Shown here one piece after another: positions 54,934-64,000 of a DNA stretch of 64,000 nucleotides. The stretch's first letter is position 1; each line of letters starts with the position of its first letter. The translations under genes and the position numbers were made by a program. A model generated the notes under the pieces. It searched no databases, was not told where the DNA came from, and saw only the letters and a list, made by a program, of their open reading frames with translations. Origin of the DNA: Eledone cirrhosa (taxonomy: Eukaryota); assembly GCA_964016885.1 (NCBI GenBank), contig OZ024747.1, positions 38,998,001 through 39,062,000 of the forward strand, given 5' to 3'.

Positions 54934-55007
54934 TAGGCTGCTCAGTCGTTAATATGCATAATGAAAGTATATACTTTCAGACGTTCAATCATATGGCAGG
55001 AAGGTAT

Positions 55008-55050
55008 ACGATGCTGACGATAGCTAATATGCTTGAAACTAGTACATAGT
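55008..55050 (+). ncRNA. Minimal type I hammerhead ribozyme
   Basis: ACGATG-CTGACGA-TAGC-TAATAT-GCTT-GAAA-CTAG-TA-CATAGT (one stem I mismatch). Confidence 0.88.
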
Positions 55051-55249
55051 TCATGTGTCAGTGTTCAACAAAAATGTGACGTGGTTGGCTAAACACTGTA
55101 CAGCGTAATTCGGGCTATTTGTTTACAAACAAACCGAACATTATAATAAATGGTCGGTAAACCGATACGTACATATATGTGTGTGTGCATGTATGTATAT
55201 ACTACTGTACGTTTGTATACATATATGTATGTACGTATACATACATACT

Positions 55250-55313
<64 letters not shown>

Positions 55314-55457
55314 TATTTTTTTTTGTACATGCTTTAGAGATATTTTATATCTATACCAGGTGCGCATTCAAATCCTTTTGTATTATCTTTTGGCTTATAG
55401 AACGTGATCTGTACGGAACGTTTACAAATGTCCAATCTCTTTTCACTATATGTGCGC

Positions 55458-55565
<108 letters not shown>

Positions 55566-56716
55566 AAGCGTGTGTGTATACATGCGCAAGTGTGTGTATG
55601 TGTGAAAGCGTATGTATTTTTAGTTATAATATCGCTCGAAGTACATAAACTATTTCGCTCCTGCAATTGTGAAAGACAAAGTGCAGTATTGTTGCGTTCT
55701 AGAACTTAGATCATCGGTATTGCAACATAACATATGATGGGTGATTATGGTTAGCCGTGCTATGTTTTGTAAGTGATTTTGTATTGTTTATTTGTCCTTA
55801 TAAAACATATTATCTATAATGATTCTATACTTACTAACAGAAACCGTTGTATTAGTAGAGCGACAAGTATTGCCATTTCGTATAAATGACACGCCTTATA
55901 ATTGCAAATACTGTTGCATATATAGAAATATTCACACTATCTTTCATTGTTCCAGTTTAGGTAATTCCATGGAAGCCGAAGTTTATTTACGACGAAATAT
56001 TCCTATTCCTGGGGCATTCGTTAATAATGTCACACTCAATCACACTCACGCATACACATATTCACACACATACATATTCACATGCTCATATATTCACACA
56101 CATCCCTGACTTTGTCAATTTTATCTTTAGCAAAGATTTTATCTACCTGGTTCTACTGAAACGGCCGTGGTTATCAACTGTTCGAAATGGCACTATTGGG
56201 CCGCGTCCTACCGTAGTTCGAACACAGATTTCAGAACTACACAGTCATGCTTAGATCACAAATTAAATATAACTTCAAAAAATTACAAAAGGCAGCAAGC
56301 CTAACATTAACTAATATTCCTTTAATAAAATATGCTGTTGCATTGATACGCTTGAGTGTACTGCAATATATATTTGCATTACATTGAACAATCTGCGATT
56401 GTCTGCGAATACGATGCCAACAGACAAGAGAACTTGGGAACTCTAGTGAAACACAATTCAAATATTTTTTTTACCTTCCGCACAATCTAGCAAACTCCTG
56501 ATGTATAAACATATAACAAATGTATCTACATCAATAAATCATGTTTACACCGGCTAACTTGGATAGATGCACATTACCAGGTTTATATACGGAGGAACTG
56601 TGAAAGTGTATTACGATTGAGTAAATATTGTCAGCCATGAAATATAAAAAGCTAAGGATACGAATAAGTGAACACTTCTACATGCACTACACCATTATTT
56701 TCTGAACATTATTATA

Positions 56717-56903
56717 GGGCGGTGGATTGGCAGTACTGGTAGAGAGTCGGACGCCATTCTTTCACTCATAGAGTTACGACCCTTGCCATTCTGAGTTCAA
56801 ATCCCGCCGAGGTTAACTTTGCCTTTCATCCTTACGGGGTCGATAAAATAAAGTACCAGTAATGCACTGGTTAATTGCTGGCCTTGTGCCAAAAGTAGAA
56901 ACA
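56717..56903 (+). mobile_element. SINE, full length
   Basis: Family match; ATTATTTTCTGAACA duplicated at 56694-56708 and 56904-56918. Confidence 0.92.
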
Positions 56904-57400
56904 ATTATTTTCTGAACAGCAATGACAGATTCGATAGTTTAGCTCGATATACGCTATGTTAGAAATTCGACTGAGTGGTCATATTTGGAAGGGGTTTTGT
57001 CATAAACCTGTTTACGCATATAAACAGAATGATTATCTAAATTGTAAACAAGAGGCAACATGTTCAGCCTGTTATGATGCACACCTCCATATAAAGGACT
57101 CTATATCCACAGGTAGGTGTACATGACACATATTCTAAAAGCAGTGAGTATGCTTCAAAATTGAATACTAACAATAAATTGCTAAACTAATTCCGTGACT
57201 GGGGGTGCACTTAAATTATATTTGATTTAGCTGTTCATCATAACCTATAAGAGTAATTTTCTTCTGTAACGCATACATTTCTGTCTCTCAATCCCCCTCT
57301 CTCTCCACTTCCCTTTATCTACTCCTCTCCAACCCAATCTACCCCTCTCTCTACCTTTTGCTCTACAACAATGCTGTACATATTCTGCAATGGTCTGGTG

Positions 57401-57528
57401 TGACGGAAACCGGGATAAGCACCGGCCTGATCAGCTGCCAGGCTCGAGACAGACTTTAGACATTTTATAGCCTCGCTAGTGTGTAATTGGTTAATTGCTG
57501 GCCTTGTGCCTAAAGTAGAAACAATTAT
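57401..57528 (+). mobile_element. SINE tail fragments (two families)
   Basis: ACGGAAACCGGGATAAGCACCGGCCTGAT..GGCTCG..CAGACTTTA resembles Nin-SINE-type 3' tails; 57487-57528 is the tail of the main SINE. Confidence 0.6.
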
Positions 57529-57610
57529 CTCTATATTTCTTTGTACTTATTTTCCATCTCTCCGTTTCTTTCTTTTATCTGTTAATCTTGCGCATTATTT
57601 TAATGTCAGA

Positions 57611-57796
57611 GGGCGATGAATTGGCAGTATCGGTAGAGGGTCGGACGCCATGCTTCCTAGCATAGATACGTCCCTTTACATTCTGAGTTCAAATCCCGCC
57701 GAGGTTAACTTTGCCTTTCATCCTTACGGGGTCGATAAAATAAAGTACCAGTAATGTACTGGGTAATTTGCTGGCCTTGTGCCTAAAGTAGAAACA
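57611..57796 (+). mobile_element. SINE, full length
   Basis: 17-bp TSD ATTATTTTAATGTCAGA (57594-57610 / 57797-57813). Confidence 0.93.
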
Positions 57797-58057
57797 ATTA
57801 TTTTAATGTCAGAATTTGGATTATTGATAGGAGTTAATTTCAATATGAGATTTAACAATTTTAACAATTTCATTAAAATCATTCACTTTGAAATATTGGA
57901 AAATTAATATTATATTTCCACAGTATTCATTACCACCAAAACATTCTATCAACTTCATTTTACTAACTTGATGCGTTGAACGAATAAACAACTGAAATGT
58001 CACGTTGATTAAACTATACTGTTACCCTTTATCAAATGCGTGTGGTTTAAAAAAAAA

Positions 58058-58245
58058 AATTGTTTCTAATTTTGGCACAAGGCTAGCAATTAACCAGTAC
58101 ATTACTGGTACTTTATTTTATCGACCCCATAAGGATGAAAGGCAAAGTTAACCTCGACGGGATTTTAACTCAGACCGTAAAGGGACGTAACTATGCTAGA
58201 AAGCATGGCGTCCAACCTTCTACCGGTACTGCCAGTTCACCGCCC
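58058..58245 (-). mobile_element. SINE, full length
   Basis: Reverse complement of the family consensus. Confidence 0.9.
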
Positions 58246-61200
58246 TTTTAAAAAAAATAATAATAGAATTTCATTTAAAATATATTAATTGAAGCTCAAA
58301 AGATTTAAACGTGAGTAGGGTTGATGACTTCACTTTTGTATTTGAGTTGCATATTGGTAATAAGGGATTCTCCAACAGACCCAGCAACATATACGTAGGG
58401 AAACACATCTGCATTTTAAAGAACTAAATTATGAAATAAAATTTTTAAAATGAAATACGTATATATCTACTTTTTCATTTTCTTATTTTCTCTGAATGTA
58501 ACTGTTTGTATCTAGGCAAAATAAAACAAAGTTCAAACGGTTTAGTCCTGAGATTAATTTGCTAAGTGAGATTTATACAGCAAATTTTAATAGATGAGTG
58601 AACAACTTCAAAAGCTGTGACTAGATCGAATTCATGTGGAATGATCTCATGGAAATCTCACACTATTGCCATAATGAAATGCTAACAAGGTTTCTCTATT
58701 CCAAATGTTCAACATACTGATTATAAAGATTTGAATATAAGAATACAGTGTATATATCATGTACCTCGTAACATACACTTCATTCGTTTTATAATTCAAT
58801 CCATAATAATTTCCTGGTCGTGGGTATAGTGGTGTTACGGTGCTCATCTCTCCTGTAGCTGTTTGATTTCAATATGGGTGACAATGAAAACGTAATATTC
58901 TAAATAATCGTATGATTACACTTCAAGGGCCAACTTATAAGAGTAACATATAGTAACTACAGCAATGTGATATGAGCTAACGATCTTTTGGCTGGCAGTT
59001 TGTCCTCAAATAATGTCGGCTACTTTTGAGATTTAATGGCGACATCAAATCTACAAAGCTAATTTCTGTTTATACCCGAAAATGTAATATTACAATGATT
59101 TTGAAATACGTATCGATTATGTGGGGGGAAATTTGTAAATTCGTGCAGCTTTCATGAACGATAATCCTCTTGTGGTGCAGAACGCGATTATAAGATCAAT
59201 GATCCATTTTTTAAACTTCCATATCATTAAGCAGGCTGAAGATTAATCCTTGAATTTTATTTAATAATCAGCAACTAGAATAGTAGCCGGTGCAAGTAAT
59301 TGTACAGTATGTTACACACCAGAGTGCTAAGTAAATCTAGCACTGCTTGTAGCCAAATACAAATGCTGCAAGCATGAATGATATTTCTGCAATAATTATT
59401 ATCTACTCCAATTGCTTCTTTCACTATTTTCTTTTATAGGTGAGGGCTAGAGCACATTTTCATATATACGCATATTTTTACAAAAGGAAAGTAATGCTCT
59501 ATTAATTAAATCTTCAAGCCGGTAATATCAATGTTTCGACTTGTTATATTTTAAGCGGATATATGTACATTAGTTGTGCTTGGAAATACTGCCTGCTGGG
59601 GAGAAAGCAAATATTGAGTATTTGTATAAATCGTTCGCTGAAACTAGTAAATAATTCCAAATTCCACCAGACAGAAGCCTGGTATTATGAATTATTTTTT
59701 TAAAATAGAATATCGAGTAATTCATTACCACACAAGAGAAAACATAATGCAAATACTGTTATCTCGGCTAACAATCTGACACTATTATATTTAAAGTACA
59801 CTGTAACATTAACTGGTATGAAGAGGTTTTGACCCGGTTTATTGCCATAGATTTGTAGCTTTGTATGTTTATTCTTCGTCAAAGCGAGAGATTCATAGTT
59901 TTACAGTTATGTATGCCGTTGCAGATGTGCTGAATATATTTGGCATCAGATACAAAAACCAATTATACTTTCAATGGCATGAATTTATGATTATATCAGA
60001 AAATTTAGTGATCGCCAGAAGCTCTAACATACCCTTTGCTCCCGTATCTGGCTTACTCCGTCTCACTTCCGCTCAGAACCACTCAACATTCTTGTCTCTC
60101 CACCTCCGCTCTCAATCATAATCTTCTCCACTACTAGTTCCCAAAGTAAGTACTTATCTAGCATATTTCCCAAAGAAATACCCTTCTAATAATTATACTT
60201 TTTAAATTGAAGATGATTAAGAAAGCCATTATTTCTGTACGTCCTAATCTTCACTGAGAATCATTCAGAAAATATGGATACAACATTTGTTACAGATAAT
60301 ATGATAAAAGTAGAGATATAATCACTACTAAATATCTGAATTTTTCATTTCAATTTCACAGATATGTCAACCTTATTCATTATAAGTGTTGTAAGCAATG
60401 GTATATAATTTCCACTAGTCACTATTCGATTTCTCTAACATCTATTATTTCCGGAATGTGAATATAATAAAGACCTACCAAGACTAACTGATAAATACCC
60501 ATGAGATAATACCAAACCACATATTTCTCATTTATATTTTGTTGTGAAATAAGTTATATTTCCGAGTTAGAACTGAAGAAGACTTCAGTGACATTAGTAG
60601 TGACTGAGGTAAAACTGAATATGCAGAGTAAAAATACGAAAACAATAGGCATACATTCAGAATGTGGAACTACTACATCAATTCTTTATATTCATTAAAG
60701 TATAATTTAAACGACTTCAGATATATACAACTAAGTGGCCGTACCGCATTGTTCAGGAAAACATTAACAGCTATATCGATTACTTCTGTTAATGAGAGCA
60801 GTCTTATAATTATATTGATTTTGGCAATGAGTCAAATAGGGTGTATATTCGATTATATGCGTAGTCACAATATATAATGAAAATGAGATAATAGCTGCGT
60901 TTAAAACCATGTAAACTGACTTCGAGTTTGGAATGTCGGTTCACATTATATACATTTATGTGAGTGTGTAAGTATGTACACATGTGCAAGTGTGTGTAAG
61001 TGTGTAAATATTTTCGTGCTCGCCTGCATATATGGATATATGAATGTGTATATGTATGGATCTTTGTACGTATGCGTGTATGTCCTCTCCTCTATTTAAC
61101 GCTACTATTAGTAATGAGTTCTTAGAGGCTGTCAGTCGCCAAGCGACCACAATTGTACAACTGTCACAATGAATTAGTTTTATAATTGTCAGGAGAATTG

Positions 61201-62754
61201 AATATTTTTCTGTGGAGACTATTCATGGATAGGTGAAGGAATAAGACGCTGTTAATATGTTTTTCTGTTATCATTCTGCAGCTTTTAACGTTCTGCAGCC
61301 TGAAATTGTACATTATATAATATTCCATGTGGACATCATTTGTCATCGTTACAAAATATTTAAAATACATTTTATATCTAAGGATTCAAGGATATTTTTC
61401 ACAAAAATTCATAGAGGCACTAATACATTATTATTTAGATTTGTCTGTGTTATTAAGCTTGTAATGTCAATATTTCTCCAATGTATTGCAATGAAATAGA
61501 TCTAATGTAAACCTTAAGTAGGTAGCCATTAACATAAACGTGAATATTGCCGGTTATGTGGAGTTGGTCCAGCATAATGATAAACACTATCTACATCTCG
61601 GATGCTAATCAGGTGATGTTCAGCACATGGCAATAGTGTGCCTAAAGAACATCTGGAATGAATCAATTATAAATTTGAACTATAATAATTCCAATATTTT
61701 TCATGACAGTTCATATTTTCCTCAATATAAAAAAATTATATATATCATACGTAAATACAAATGATAGTGAATTTGCAGTTGCATTAAAATTAATCTATAT
61801 GTTATTGTAACTATTTTCTCTTCTATCGCAAATTAGATTATGTGAAAGGAAATATGTTTTCTTTCTATAATCTGATATTCATGATGTATCTAAGCTTTCC
61901 TCTTAGTTGAAAACAGAATTCTAGGGGCAAATCCTAGCTACTCCTGATGATAATGAGAGGCAATGTGAAACAATTAATCTCTGCAAGTTAAGTGCGAGTC
62001 GCCTGATCATTGTATTCGAGCAATATATGAATCTACATGTATCTCTACCTATTAAACCTCGTCAGTGTAATCTACTCAAACAAAGCTTTACAGATCAGGT
62101 AAATGTTGGTTTACAAATAGTAGAAGATATAAGAATAATGTTTCGCCAGAATAATTTACATATTCATTACTGAAACGTTCCTGAAAAGAAATTACTCATA
62201 TACGCTATTGGCATGAATTATATACTTTAAGCATATAAGTGATGTTGCAGATGCCGTACGCAACAAAAATCTTAATTATTTTAAATTACGATCTTAGATG
62301 GAGAAAGAAAACAGAACCCTAGTGACAATTGTATCTTTTAGATAAAGAAAACAAAACTGTATAACTAGAAAAATTTAAGAATTAATCTCTAGAAATTATT
62401 TTACAAGCCAAGTCGAAAACCTAATACTATTATACGTTTGCTACAAGCAAATTTAGAGAAAAATTAATTGGTATGGCTAATACCACATTCAACAGACAAT
62501 ACAGTTAGAATATGCGATGAAAACTTAATCTGATTTAATTCGTCTCCAAACGTAGAATTCATTACTATCAAGAAGTTACTAAATATGAAAATACGATATC
62601 ATCCTTAATCTCTTCATCTTACATAGGATTTCAACAAGTTATATCTATAAGTAAAAATATAGATTATCAAACATAACACTCTACCGCCATTTACGTATAT
62701 GTATGCATATATACAAATATGAATTGACTGAAATAGAGGTAAAACTTTAGAGGA

Positions 62755-62865
62755 ACAACTGAGTCGACTGAAGCAACGTAAAAGTGCTTTGCTCAAGACC
62801 ACAACATATTGAACTGGGATCGAAACTCATTAATGAGCCCAGCACACTAAACATTAAGCCATGTA
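62755..62865 (-). mobile_element. Degenerate tRNA-derived SINE of a second superfamily (V/Meta-like core)
   Basis: Minus CATGGCTTAATGTTTAG..GTTTCGATCCC..GTGGTCTTGAGCAAAGCACTT. Confidence 0.5.
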
Positions 62866-62944
62866 TCTTACTCTTTTACTGGGGATTAGTGTTTTTCTAT
62901 CGTTGAAAACATTTTTACATTTCTACAAATATTAGCTGTTCCCA

Positions 62945-63092
62945 TTTCTGATTTAGGCACAAGACCACAATTTAGGAGGAGGGGAAAGTCGTTTAGATCG
63001 ATCCTATTCCGATCAAAGGCAAAGCTATCCTTGGCAGGATTTGAAGTCATAACTGAAAGGGACCTAACCGACGCTCTACCGATACTGCCAAT
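62945..63092 (-). mobile_element. Degenerate long-variant SINE
   Basis: ATTGGCAGTATCGGTAGAG head and GTGCCTAAATCAGAAA tail on the minus strand. Confidence 0.7.
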
Positions 63093-64000
63093 CTTGATTC
63101 ATTTGTTAATAATCGAAGAGATTTTACTGGTGTACTCACGTATAAGTATAAAAATGTTTGATATGATGCAAATTTAGTGATCATCAAGCAGTGATAAACT
63201 ATTTCCATATACTCCTTTCTTATTTCGAATATAGATATTGGATATTGCTATCCTTTTCTGAGAATCAACAAGTGATTTTACATTATATGGTACTACAAAT
63301 ATCTCATGTTAGTTAGTATATGCTAGCTGAATATTTCATTTCTCTTATCCATCTGTATACAAGTACTTAGATGTAAAATTGTAATCGCAGTACAATCACT
63401 CACCTAGTAACATCTATGGTAAGAAAAATACAATTATTAATAAGCTAATATTTTTATTCATTTAATTACTTGTGGATCTGTTTCATAGTAAACCCGTGAC
63501 TAAAAAGTAAAATAGTCGACCATAGTTCTGTGTTGTGTAGTATTTGTCTGCAATCTTAGTTCTATTGTTTTCCCATAGCCTTATTGTTAGTCGTAATATT
63601 TATTATTCAAGACAATGCTTCTATATATTTCATTGCTTTTGCATTCTTTATTTCGTCAATACTTCCTATGAAAAGTTCATGAATTTTTATAATCTCATGT
63701 GTGTTCAGAAGTCTTATTTTATTCTAGTTCTTATCATCTTTCAGATATTTATTTCCCAACGATATTTTTGATCTAGTTTTGTATTTTCTCTGATTCTAAT
63801 TTATGCCACTTTCTACTTTTAGCATTACAAGAAATATCGATTATCACTGTCTCTGATAATCATCGTCAGTTTTTGTTTCCATAACTTTCTATTTAAATTT
63901 TATTTTTTCAATTCATTTCTTTTTATCTATAATATAGTTCGCATTGCTTTGCTTTCTTTATTGAATGAATCTGTGAATATAATGTGTTTAGGCATCTTCA

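Larger units (their letters stand above)
54155..55254. mobile_element. Retrozyme-like array: two divergent arms, each ~1.2-1.35 copies of a ~425-nt hammerhead-containing unit, inserted in (TA)n
   Basis: Period 422 (54155/54577) and 426 (54822/55248); inversion centre ~54732; no ORF. Confidence 0.88.

Noticed and set aside
58765-58860. Possible minus-strand exon (TGEMSTVTPLYPRPGNYYGLNYKTNEVYVTR)
   Set aside because: Weak splice signals and no homology; insufficient support

Overview
AT-rich, microsatellite-saturated eukaryotic DNA with no confidently identifiable host gene. The repeat content (tRNA-derived Nin/Deu-domain SINEs, (TA)n/(CA)n/(CT)n tracts, Penelope-like elements) suggests a mollusc, probably an octopus (inference). 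The window is largely mobile-element debris: several Penelope-like retroelements (PLEs; Neptune-like RT+GIY-YIG and Naiad-like copies), CR1-, RTE- and CRE-clade LINE 3' fragments, about a dozen SINE copies, a non-autonomous Helitron and a mariner-type MITE. The most striking signal is a very high density of type I hammerhead ribozyme (HHR) motifs: about 10 intact or near-intact plus several decayed ones, read by eye. Three sit in an ORF-less ~425-nt unit that occurs as partial tandem, inverted arrays inserted in (TA)n (13.0-13.5 kb, 54.2-55.3 kb). This unit has an ATGCAAAT octamer upstream of the ribozyme and is a candidate retrozyme/circular-RNA family, with a diverged relative at 19.9 kb. 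All calls were made by eye without tools.
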